64,000 nt of DNA from Lentimicrobiaceae bacterium. Its GTDB lineage: Bacteria; Bacteroidota; Bacteroidia; Bacteroidales; JAGNHN01. Below are positions 18,854 to 27,789 of this stretch, in pieces (position 1 is the stretch's first letter; every line of letters begins with the position of its first letter). Made by a program: the position numbers and the translations under genes. A model generated the notes under the pieces. It searched no databases. It was given only the letters and a program-made list of their open reading frames with translations, and had not been told where the DNA came from. The DNA is taken from NCBI GenBank assembly GCA_018001695.1, contig JAGNHN010000013.1, positions 218 through 64,217 of the forward strand, written 5' to 3'.

Positions 18854-19720
18854 TTAACGGATGAGGGCATCCGCAATAACCAGCATCATGACGAAGAGAA
18901 AGAACAGGTTGATATACAGAAATCCGCGGCGGGCGGTTGCTTCTGACAAACCTGTCTTTACGGTCCGCATAAACACGTAAATGATCCAGGCAACAGGCAA
19001 TAGGAGCAGCCATTGCAGATATGGCAGGCGTATTACCCCGAACAATGGAAGGATCAGGGCTGTGATACCGCTGGATACAGCCCAGATCAGGGTCAGGTTG
19101 CTGATTTGTCTCTGGCTGAAAATGGTCGAAAGCGAGGGGTAACCAGCTTGTTCATACTGAGGTCCTATCATCAGGATGATCAGCCAGAAATGGGGTATCT
19201 GGCCGATAAAAAAGAAGAATGCAAGGCTGATGGACGATTCCGTCCATAATGGCAGTCCGGTGGCAGCCCAGCCAATCAGCGGTGGCAGTGCCCCCACAAC
19301 TGAGCCTGGAACGACGGCAAAGGCCGTGATACGTTTCAAATAGGTATAAATACCGTTATACCAAAGAATTGTCATCAGGCCAAGCAACATGCTGGTCATC
19401 CCTGCTCCGGAATGGAGCACCAGGCTGCCCGTCAGAATGAGGCTCAGCGTGATCATCCATGCCTGTGCCAGCTTGAGTTGCCCGGAAGGAAGGGGGCGTC
19501 TCATGGTTCGCGGCATGCGGGCATCAAACTTGCGTTCCTGAATCTGGTTGAGGGCTGAGGCGCCCATAGACAGAAGGAGGACACCCAGCATCACCCACCA
19601 GCCGGCAGCATGTATGCTCTCTGCACCGGCCAGGTAGCCGGTCAGGCCGCTGAGCATCACCGGAATAGCAATCCGGACCTTGCCCAGGTCTAAAGCCAAT
19701 GAAATATTGGAACGTGACAA
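18854..19720 (-). CDS. ctaB: Protoheme IX farnesyltransferase (heme O synthase)
   Basis: UbiA-family polytopic protein with 'NQIQERKFDARMPRTMRRPLPSG', placed at the end of the oxidase operon. Confidence 0.85.
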   Translation of the reverse strand: MSRSNISLALDLGKVRIAIPVMLSGLTGYLAGAESIHAAGWWVMLGVLLLSMGASALNQIQERKFDARMPRTMRRPLPSGQLKLAQAWMITLSLILTGSLVLHSGAGMTSMLLGLMTILWYNGIYTYLKRITAFAVVPGSVVGALPPLIGWAATGLPLWTESSISLAFFFFIGQIPHFWLIILMIGPQYEQAGYPSLSTIFSQRQISNLTLIWAVSSGITALILPLFGVIRLPYLQWLLLLPVAWIIYVFMRTVKTGLSEATARRGFLYINLFFLFVMMLVIADALIR

Positions 19721-19724
19721 AACG

Positions 19725-20678
19725 CTACTTCTTGAGGGTTTTTAGGAATTCGATGATGTTTTGCACATCCTCCTCCGTAACCTGGTCTTTGTAGCTGATC
19801 ATCTGTCCTTTGCGGTATCCCTTCACCAGGTCGGCATCGGGCTCATAGATGCTGCGTGCGATATAGGCGTCGTCGACGGTTATTTCCCGCTCTTTGCCAT
19901 CAGTTTCCACGATCTCTTTCTTGCCATAAAGGCCGAGGAAAGAAGGCCCGACGACCACGCTGCCATCCAGAGAATGGCAGGCGATACAGCCTTTGTTTTC
20001 CAGCACTTTCCTGCCAAGCTGACTGGCTTCCGACATCGTCTCTCCACCTTCACCGGCTGCAACCACAACGCCTGTTGTATCACTATACCAGGCATCAAAC
20101 TCTTCCTGACTCATGACCTGAACCTCCGTATACATATAGGAATGTCGCAAACCACAGTATTCCGTACAGAAGAGATCGTAAGTACCCGTTTTCTGCGGGA
20201 TAAACCACATCATATTGTCTTTGCGGCCCGGTACCATGTCCTGTTTCACCCTGAAAGCTGGGATATAGAGACTGTGCAGAATATCAACAGCAATCAGATT
20301 TAGTTTCACAGGCCGGTCAACCGGTAGGATCAGGGTCGTGCTGGTCTTGCCGTTCTCATACTCGAAACTCCAGCTCCACATCCTGGCGATGGTATTGACT
20401 TCCATCGCATCCGGCGGTGCGTTTTTCATGGGGAACCAGCCCTTGTATCCGTAATAGAACATCACCAGGACCAGAATGGTCGGGATAACGGTCCAAAGGA
20501 TCTCCAGCTTGTTGCTGCCATGGATCTGGGTTGCTACAGGGTTGCGCTTATGATGGTATCGCCAGATAAAGTAGAGCATCAGCACTGTAAGCCCTACAAG
20601 GAAAAAGATGGAAATACCGAGGATGAGGACAAACGCTGTGTCGACACCTTGTACAAAATTGGAAGCTCCTGAAAACAT
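19725..20678 (-). CDS. ctaC: Cytochrome c oxidase subunit II with a fused C-terminal cytochrome c (caa3 type)
   Basis: CuA motif 'DILHS...FCTEYCGLRHSYM' and heme-c motif 'CIACH'. Confidence 0.9.
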   Translation of the reverse strand: MFSGASNFVQGVDTAFVLILGISIFFLVGLTVLMLYFIWRYHHKRNPVATQIHGSNKLEILWTVIPTILVLVMFYYGYKGWFPMKNAPPDAMEVNTIARMWSWSFEYENGKTSTTLILPVDRPVKLNLIAVDILHSLYIPAFRVKQDMVPGRKDNMMWFIPQKTGTYDLFCTEYCGLRHSYMYTEVQVMSQEEFDAWYSDTTGVVVAAGEGGETMSEASQLGRKVLENKGCIACHSLDGSVVVGPSFLGLYGKKEIVETDGKEREITVDDAYIARSIYEPDADLVKGYRKGQMISYKDQVTEEDVQNIIEFLKTLKK

Positions 20679-20693
20679 CGTCGCTTGCTTTTT

Positions 20694-20978
20694 CTAACGG
20701 TAAAAATAATCCAGGAATGTAAGTATCAGCACGGCAGCAAAGAGCGCCAGCACCAGGACCACCATGATGGTATAGATCTTATGGTCAAACCGCAGGTGCA
20801 TGAAATAAGTCATCACAATAGCAGCTTTGATTCCGGCGATTATCATGGCCGTCGTTGTATTATAAGGGCCAAGGTTGGTCCAGGTAATGGCCACCGTTAC
20901 CACAGTGAGCACCAGAAGGGCCAGTAACACAAAAAAATGGTTGCGGAATGGAACGATATGGTGTTTCTCTTCACTCAT
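20694..20978 (-). CDS. Cytochrome c oxidase subunit IV-like small membrane protein
   Basis: 94 aa with three hydrophobic helices, located between subunits III and II. Confidence 0.65.
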   Translation of the reverse strand: MSEEKHHIVPFRNHFFVLLALLVLTVVTVAITWTNLGPYNTTTAMIIAGIKAAIVMTYFMHLRFDHKIYTIMVVLVLALFAAVLILTFLDYFYR

Positions 20979-20990
20979 AGCAATGCAGGA

Positions 20991-21587
20991 TTAATGGATG
21001 AGATAGAAAAGCGGGAACAAAAAGATCCAGATCAGGTCGACCAGGTGCCAGTATAGCCCTGAGTTCTCCAGCATGACGTAGCGGTCCTGTCTCACCTTGC
21101 CTTTCTTGATAAAATAAACGACAAAACCGATGAACACAACCCCAACAATGATGTGAAGCGCATGTAATCCGGTCATGAAAAAATACAAGCCATAGAACAG
21201 GATGTCCCCCCTGCTGAGGCTCTGCAGATATTCGGAGCTGGGGTAGATGCCATGTTCAAATTTGAAGCCCCATTCAAAATACTTATTGACCATAAACAAG
21301 ATGGCCAGGAAGATGGTGATGTACAACAGCCTTAAGCTGAGCTCTGTTTTCCCGCGTTGCATCGCGGTAATAGCCATGGCGATGGTCATACTGCTGATCA
21401 GCAGCACCACGGTATTCAGCGTGCCGAGCATCACATTCAACTCCTCTCCGGCCAGGTGAAAGGCTACCGGGTTTTTGTACCGGTAGACCGCATACACGAT
21501 AAACAGCCCGCCGAAAAGCAGGATCTCTGTAAATATGAACAGCCACATCCCAATCTTGGAGGCTGTATCGTCTCTGTGTTCATGCAT
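20991..21587 (-). CDS. ctaE: Cytochrome c oxidase subunit III
   Basis: 'GMWLFIFTEILLFGGLF' and 'YWHLVDLIWIFLFPLFYL' signatures. Confidence 0.9.
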   Translation of the reverse strand: MHEHRDDTASKIGMWLFIFTEILLFGGLFIVYAVYRYKNPVAFHLAGEELNVMLGTLNTVVLLISSMTIAMAITAMQRGKTELSLRLLYITIFLAILFMVNKYFEWGFKFEHGIYPSSEYLQSLSRGDILFYGLYFFMTGLHALHIIVGVVFIGFVVYFIKKGKVRQDRYVMLENSGLYWHLVDLIWIFLFPLFYLIH

Positions 21588-21598
21588 GGTTCAGCGGT

Positions 21599-23221
21599 TT
21601 AATGGGCTTCACTGCTATAATCATACGGACCACGCGTTACCGTGGGAATCTTATCAAAGTTTTCAAGAGGAGGGGGAGAAGGTACGGTCCATTCCAGCGT
21701 CTTTCCACCCCAGGGATTTGCCTCTGCCTTCTCTCCCTTCCTGGCCGATCTTACCAGGTTGGTTATCACAACGATAAGGCCAATGATCAGGATCATTGCA
21801 CCAATCGAGGAGAGGATATTTCCGCCATGATACTCAGGGAGATAGTCATAATACCGCCGCGACATCCCCGTGATACCTAGATAGAACATGGGAGCATACA
21901 GTGCATTGAATCCGATAAACATGATGGTCCATCCGGTATTGGCCCAGCCTGCATCATACATCCTGCCGTAAATCTTTGGAAACCAATAGTGAATAGCGGC
22001 AAAGAAGGCGAATCCGGTCCCTCCGAACACGATATAATGAAAATGTGCTACGACAAAGGCAGTGTCGTGAACATGCACATCGGTCGCCAACGCGCCCAGC
22101 ACCAGTCCTGATAACCCTCCGACCATGAACACAAAGATGAAGGAAATGGCCCAATAGAAAGGCGTCTGTATATTGATGGATGCCTTGTGCAATGTCGATA
22201 TCCAGTTAAATACCTTGATAGCACTGGGGATAGCGACGATGAAAGTCAACAGGGAGAATACATACAATGCCGTACCGCTCATGCCGGAGGTGAACATATG
22301 GTGACCCCATACGAAATAACCTACAAAGGCGATCATAATCGTCGAGATGACAATGGCCCGGTAGCCAAAAATGGTCTTTCTTGCGAAGGTGGGTATGATC
22401 TCAGAAATGGCCCCCATGGCTGGCAATATCATGATGTAAACCGCAGGATGCGAGTAAATCCAGAAGAGATGCTGGAACAGGACAGGGTCACCACCCAGGG
22501 CCGGATCAAAGAACCCGATGTTGAGGGTGCGTTCAGCGACAACCATCAATAAGGTGATGCCAACGATTGGTGTTGCCAGCAGTTGGATCCAGGCGGTGCC
22601 ATATAATGCCCAGGGAAAGAGGGGCATACGGAACCAGCCCATGCCAGGGGCACGCATCCTGTGTATTGTTACAATGAAGTTCAATCCCGTCAGGATAGAG
22701 GAAAAGCCCAGCACGAAAGCGCCCAATACTGCAGGCAGCATATTGGTTCCGGTCTGAAAACTGTAGGGTGCATAAAACGTCCAGCCAGTGTCCGGAGGAC
22801 CGTCGCCGGCGAATTGACTGATAAGCACCAGGATAATCCCGGCGATATAGATGTACCAGGAGAACAGGTTAAGCTTTGGGAAGGCTACATCTGGCGCACC
22901 TATTTGCAGCGGGAGGAAAAAGTTACCGAAGACGGCCGGCAATCCTGGGATCACCACTACAAAGATCATAATGATCCCATGCAGGGTGAAAAAACCGTTG
23001 TAGGCCTGGGGTCCCATGATCGTTTTTCCCGGTGCCAGCAGTTCCAGCTTCATCATCATCCCAAGGATGGCCCCAACCGCAAAAAACGTCAGGATGGTGT
23101 ATAGATACAGCAATCCAATCCGCTTATGATCGGTTGAGGTTAGCCAGCCAAGCAGGCCTTTATACTTACCCTGGTATTCCAGGTAGCTCACGTCATGGCT
23201 ACCATGTTGATTTTCATGCAT
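21599..23221 (-). CDS. ctaD: Cytochrome c oxidase subunit I
   Basis: 'WLTSTDHKRIG', 'HLFWIYSHPAVYI', 'VVAHFHY' heme/CuB ligand contexts. Confidence 0.95.
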   Translation of the reverse strand: MHENQHGSHDVSYLEYQGKYKGLLGWLTSTDHKRIGLLYLYTILTFFAVGAILGMMMKLELLAPGKTIMGPQAYNGFFTLHGIIMIFVVVIPGLPAVFGNFFLPLQIGAPDVAFPKLNLFSWYIYIAGIILVLISQFAGDGPPDTGWTFYAPYSFQTGTNMLPAVLGAFVLGFSSILTGLNFIVTIHRMRAPGMGWFRMPLFPWALYGTAWIQLLATPIVGITLLMVVAERTLNIGFFDPALGGDPVLFQHLFWIYSHPAVYIMILPAMGAISEIIPTFARKTIFGYRAIVISTIMIAFVGYFVWGHHMFTSGMSGTALYVFSLLTFIVAIPSAIKVFNWISTLHKASINIQTPFYWAISFIFVFMVGGLSGLVLGALATDVHVHDTAFVVAHFHYIVFGGTGFAFFAAIHYWFPKIYGRMYDAGWANTGWTIMFIGFNALYAPMFYLGITGMSRRYYDYLPEYHGGNILSSIGAMILIIGLIVVITNLVRSARKGEKAEANPWGGKTLEWTVPSPPPLENFDKIPTVTRGPYDYSSEAH

Positions 23222-23222
23222 A

Positions 23223-24020
23223 TCACGATTGTTCTTTGGTTACACTTTCTTTACGCCTTGGCTTCAGGATCAGGAAGAGGAAGATGACCAGGGCAATGAA
23301 AACGATGATGGTTCCGGATACCTTGGTCACATTCAGCACATATTGCTGTCCTGCAGGATCATAGGCATAGCAATACTCAAGGATACGGTTGATGGTGGGC
23401 CCTGGTTGTCCTTTCATTGCTTCGACCACCGACATTTTCAGCTCGAAGGGAAGGTAGCTTGTTCCATGCAGGTAGCGCGTAATCTTGCCTTCAGGGCTTA
23501 CCATGATGATGGTGGCCGAGTGCAGGTAATCATTACCGGTGCGTTTATACTTAAACCCTACGGCATCGGTACCCCGGGCGGCATTCAGACTGTCTGCTGT
23601 AAAAAAGCGCCATCCCATGGGGTCGACTTCCCGGCTGATCTGGCTCATGTAGTTGCTGTGCTTCTTCTTCGCCATTTCCGGAGATTCCGTCGGGTCGAAA
23701 CTAATTGTAAGCACTTGATAATCTTTGCCTAAGACCATCTCCGAACGTTCAATGACCTCCGCCAGGCCATTCATCACCGGCGTACAAACACCCGGACAAC
23801 GGTAATACACGAAGTTGATGATGGTCGGTTTGTTGATGATCTGCAGGAGGTTCTCAATCCCTCCGGTATCATTGATCACCATCAGGTCATCCGGGAGAAA
23901 CTCGCCCAGCTTTTCTACCACACCGATCTCAGGCTCACTCTTATCATAATAGGGACTCTGTGCAGACATGAATACCCCGGTGAACAGCAGCAGGAGGGTG
24001 GTGAGTAAAATACGTTGCAT
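23223..24020 (-). CDS. SCO1/SenC copper chaperone
   Basis: Thioredoxin-like fold with 'YYRCPGVCTPVMNG' (CxxxC) and a C-terminal TM helix. Confidence 0.85.
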   Translation of the reverse strand: MQRILLTTLLLLFTGVFMSAQSPYYDKSEPEIGVVEKLGEFLPDDLMVINDTGGIENLLQIINKPTIINFVYYRCPGVCTPVMNGLAEVIERSEMVLGKDYQVLTISFDPTESPEMAKKKHSNYMSQISREVDPMGWRFFTADSLNAARGTDAVGFKYKRTGNDYLHSATIIMVSPEGKITRYLHGTSYLPFELKMSVVEAMKGQPGPTINRILEYCYAYDPAGQQYVLNVTKVSGTIIVFIALVIFLFLILKPRRKESVTKEQS

Positions 24021-24032
24021 TGTTTTCAGGGT

Positions 24033-25223
24033 TTAGAAATGTACATGATGTTGTTCGCTTTCACTGAGATAGGGATGATTGGGCGGGATCAGCGCTGCGC
24101 GTCCCATCGCCCACATAATGGTCAGAACAAAAATCCCTGCAAAGCCAACCCAAACGCCGGCTTCTGTGAATCCGAAAGCAGCTTTTCCAACCACTGTCGG
24201 GAAGATCTGGTCATAGAGATCAACATATTGACCAATAATCAACAGGATGCAGACCAGCTTCATGATAAACAGGCTGCGGTGAGCCTTGCGGATCAGCAGT
24301 ATGGTAAAAGGCAGAAACCAGTTAATGATAATATTTGCAAAAAACAGGACCTTGAAGGTCGGATCATCCCAACGTAGCACGTAATACACCGTTTCTTCCG
24401 GAATATTGGCATACCATATCAGCATGAACTGTGCAAAAAACAGGTAACCCCATACGATTGAAAGCATGAAGATGTATCTGCTGAAATCCAGCAAATGGCT
24501 TTCATTGAAATGTGGGAAGAACCCTCTTTGATATAGAATGATCGCGATCAGGGCGATAACAGCAGCGCCATGGTAAAAAGCAGCCACGAAATTCTTGAGA
24601 GAAAAGACGGTACTGTACCAATGCGGATCGATGGACATAATCAGGTCAAACGAAGCAAAGGAGAAAGTGATGGCGATGACGAAGATATACACCTTAGACC
24701 AGAACTCGCTGCGTTCAAAGTAATGCACACCCCCATTCAGGTCTTCTTTCAGGCTGAGTCGACGTAAGGTCCATGCCAGCAGTATCCATGCAACGAGGAA
24801 GACAAGCTGACGTATGATGAAGAATGGGATATTGAGATAAGGTGATTTATGGGCCAGGATGGCATCATGCAGAGCCGCCCCCTCATGTGCCCAGTGATAC
24901 AGGGACGAGAGTCCAAAAAACAGGACTATGCCGGGTACCACCGCCACAGCGAGATAATGCATCATGGCTTCAGGGATGCGTTTGAACATGGCCGACCATC
25001 CCGACTGTGTGATGTATTGCAGTGCCAGGAAAAAAGCAGCTCCAATACCCAGACTCAGAAAATAGAAGTGATTGAGCAAGAGGTTGGCCCATCCGCGCAC
25101 AGGGTGTGTGATAAACCCGTAGACTAAGGCGACAAGGCCGATGACCACCATTGCCAGGGCTATGGTCCTGAGGGTTTTAGAGGTAGGGAATCGCGTATCC
25201 ATGGTTTCCTTTGTTCTTGTCAT
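24033..25223 (-). CDS. actF: Alternative complex III subunit ActF-like polytopic membrane protein
   Basis: 396-aa multi-TM protein directly after ActE, in the ACIII gene order. Confidence 0.7.
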   Translation of the reverse strand: MTRTKETMDTRFPTSKTLRTIALAMVVIGLVALVYGFITHPVRGWANLLLNHFYFLSLGIGAAFFLALQYITQSGWSAMFKRIPEAMMHYLAVAVVPGIVLFFGLSSLYHWAHEGAALHDAILAHKSPYLNIPFFIIRQLVFLVAWILLAWTLRRLSLKEDLNGGVHYFERSEFWSKVYIFVIAITFSFASFDLIMSIDPHWYSTVFSLKNFVAAFYHGAAVIALIAIILYQRGFFPHFNESHLLDFSRYIFMLSIVWGYLFFAQFMLIWYANIPEETVYYVLRWDDPTFKVLFFANIIINWFLPFTILLIRKAHRSLFIMKLVCILLIIGQYVDLYDQIFPTVVGKAAFGFTEAGVWVGFAGIFVLTIMWAMGRAALIPPNHPYLSESEQHHVHF

Positions 25224-25253
25224 TGGTTAGTGGGTTTAAGCATGACGATCAGC

Positions 25254-25847
25254 CTATTTCCCTTGTAAATTCTTCTCAATGAAGTGGACGATCTTCCAGC
25301 GGTCTTCCGGCTTGATCTGTGCTCCATGGGCGCCCATCACGCCCCAACCGGCTGTGATGACATGGTAGATCTCCCCCGATGGCTTGGCCTTCAGGTTATC
25401 GGCGATCAGTGAAGCGGGTGGAAGGACATACTTTCCACTGGTGTGCAGGGATCCTTTTCCATCTCCGGCTGTGCCGTGACAGGAAGCACAAAAGACAGTA
25501 AAGAGGCGCTGCCCTTCCTTCATGTTTTCAGTCGAGGCTTCTACAGGGTTAACAAGCTCTTTTCCTGCCAGTTCTCGCCCTTCAGGCGTCGCAGGATATG
25601 CATAGGGGATGATACCCCTGGGCACCGTGCCTTCCGGAGGGGTGCGCATATTTGATCCGTCCGCAAAGCTCGTGTTCGGAGCATAGGTCTCAGCAGCCAG
25701 GGAATGCGCCATATCCGGAAAATACTCATAACCCTTATCATGGCGGGTCCGGTCACAACCGCTGAAAATGAGTCCTGTGAGCAAGACGAAGAACCACAGC
25801 CGCAATGCTGTGCTCGTCATTTCATATTTGGTTCCTGATGTTCGCAT
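25254..25847 (-). CDS. actE: Alternative complex III monoheme cytochrome c subunit
   Basis: Lipobox 'FSGC' and a single 'CASCH' motif. Confidence 0.75.
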   Translation of the reverse strand: MRTSGTKYEMTSTALRLWFFVLLTGLIFSGCDRTRHDKGYEYFPDMAHSLAAETYAPNTSFADGSNMRTPPEGTVPRGIIPYAYPATPEGRELAGKELVNPVEASTENMKEGQRLFTVFCASCHGTAGDGKGSLHTSGKYVLPPASLIADNLKAKPSGEIYHVITAGWGVMGAHGAQIKPEDRWKIVHFIEKNLQGK

Positions 25848-25848
25848 G

Positions 25849-26382
25849 TCAAAAGACGTTTTCTTGGGTTACCTCTTTCTCAATAATCTCCGTGGCCCCT
25901 TCCTGCTGCAACAGCGTCTTCAGCTCCGTCAGGCTATCCGCCACGCCTTCCGAATCAAAGACTAGCAAAAAACGGTCATCTGTCGCTCTGACATCCGGCA
26001 GGCTGAAGGCCTTGCCCGGCCATACCTTGGCCCTGATGGAAAATGTAAACAGGCTGAGAATGGTGACGATGAAGATGGTCAGAACGATGGTGATGACAAT
26101 AAATGACGGGAAAGCGGCACTGGGCTTGCCCCCGAAGTTCATGGGCCAGTCGATGACAGAAGTATAATACAAAAACGCCAGAACGCCCAGGGCACCGAAG
26201 AGTCCATAGAGAAAAGCGACGTAGGTGAACCTGGACTGCTTACCCATGGCTTCGATGGCCCCGAAAACCGGGAATGGAGTATACACCTCGTGAATGGGGA
26301 TATGCTTGTCCTTGACCTTATGAATGGCCTTCATGAGCTGATCCTCTGAATCAAAGACACCGATGATTTGGTTTGTTTTCAT
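25849..26382 (-). CDS. actD: Alternative complex III subunit ActD (DUF3341)
   Basis: 177 aa with a soluble N-terminal domain plus two TM helices, located between ActC and ActE. Confidence 0.7.
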   Translation of the reverse strand: MKTNQIIGVFDSEDQLMKAIHKVKDKHIPIHEVYTPFPVFGAIEAMGKQSRFTYVAFLYGLFGALGVLAFLYYTSVIDWPMNFGGKPSAAFPSFIVITIVLTIFIVTILSLFTFSIRAKVWPGKAFSLPDVRATDDRFLLVFDSEGVADSLTELKTLLQQEGATEIIEKEVTQENVF

Positions 26383-26384
26383 GA

Positions 26385-27752
26385 TCAGGAGTGTTTGGAT
26401 TCATTTTCACCGGCCCGCATCACACTTTTCACCTCATGGATGGCTACCATGGGAATGAATTTAAAGAATAACAACACCCCGATGGTAAAAAGCCCCAGGG
26501 TACCGCCGTAAATGCCAATGTCAACCAGGGTCGGCTTGTAGGTTGCCCAACTGGAAGGAAGATAATCATTGGCCAGGGAGGTGATAACAATGTTGTAGCG
26601 TTCATACCACATCCCCAGGTTGATGATGATGGAGATGATGAATACGATGGTCAGGTTCTTGCGTATCCGTTTCGACCAGAGTAACTGAGGGATGATGGCA
26701 TTGCACACCACCATGGCCCAGAAGTGATAGGTATAGGTACCAGTGATACGGTTCTTGAAGAAGGTGAACAGCTCAAATTCATTTCCGGAATACCAGGCTA
26801 CGAAGACTTCCGTAGCATACGCCGTTCCCATGATCAGGGAGATAAAGATGAGGATCTTGGAGATGGCATTGAGATGCGAATCCGTGATATAATCCTGCAA
26901 CTTATAAAACCTTCGGATGATGATCATCAGCGTCATTACCATGGCGAAGCCTGAGAAGATTGCGCCTACAACGAAATATGGGGGGAAGATGGTGGCATGC
27001 CAGCCGGGGATCACCGATACGGCAAAGTCGGTGGAAACAATGGAGTGCACCGAAACGACCAGCACAGCAGCGATTCCGCCCAATACATAGCTCAGGTTTT
27101 CGTAACGCAGCCATTCCTTGGTAGAGCCTGTCCATCCAAAGGCCAGCAGTCCGTAAACTGCCCGCTTGATTTTTCCTTTCGCTTTGTCGCGAATGGTGGC
27201 AAAATCGGGAACCATGCCGAAATACCAGAAGGAGAGCGAGATCAGCAGGTAGGCACTGATGGCAATGAAGTCCCAGAACAACGGGCTGTTGAAATTAACC
27301 CACAGCGGACCCCTGGTATTCGGATATGGGATGATGTAGAAAGCCAGCCACACCCGGCCCATGTGGAGGGCAGGAAACAGGGCAGCACAACCTACGGCCA
27401 CGACGGTCATGGCTTCAGCGGCCCTGTTGATGGATGTTCTCCATTTCTGGCGAAGAATTAACAGAAAGATGGAGAAAGCGGTGCCCGCATGTCCGATCCC
27501 GATCCACCAGACAAAATTGATAATGGCCCAACCCCAACCAACCGTGTTGTTCAAGCCCCAGGTTCCAATGCCCTGTGATACAGTGACGTAGATGGCCCAC
27601 GCACCCCAGATCACAAGGATAAGGGCAAAGGCAAAAGCGATCTTCCACCAGTTTGGCGCCCCGCGGTCCAGTGGCTGCAGAATGTCGGACGTGACCTGTG
27701 CGTAACTCTTGTTACCCAGTACCAGCGGCCCTCTGATTGCTCTGTTATACAT
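26385..27752 (-). CDS. actC: Alternative complex III quinol-binding NrfD/PsrC-like subunit
   Basis: 455-aa polytopic NrfD-like membrane protein after ActB. Confidence 0.85.
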   Translation of the reverse strand: MYNRAIRGPLVLGNKSYAQVTSDILQPLDRGAPNWWKIAFAFALILVIWGAWAIYVTVSQGIGTWGLNNTVGWGWAIINFVWWIGIGHAGTAFSIFLLILRQKWRTSINRAAEAMTVVAVGCAALFPALHMGRVWLAFYIIPYPNTRGPLWVNFNSPLFWDFIAISAYLLISLSFWYFGMVPDFATIRDKAKGKIKRAVYGLLAFGWTGSTKEWLRYENLSYVLGGIAAVLVVSVHSIVSTDFAVSVIPGWHATIFPPYFVVGAIFSGFAMVMTLMIIIRRFYKLQDYITDSHLNAISKILIFISLIMGTAYATEVFVAWYSGNEFELFTFFKNRITGTYTYHFWAMVVCNAIIPQLLWSKRIRKNLTIVFIISIIINLGMWYERYNIVITSLANDYLPSSWATYKPTLVDIGIYGGTLGLFTIGVLLFFKFIPMVAIHEVKSVMRAGENESKHS

Positions 27753-27789
27753 AATGTCTAAGTGTTTCCCTTAAATCCTTGTTTTATTC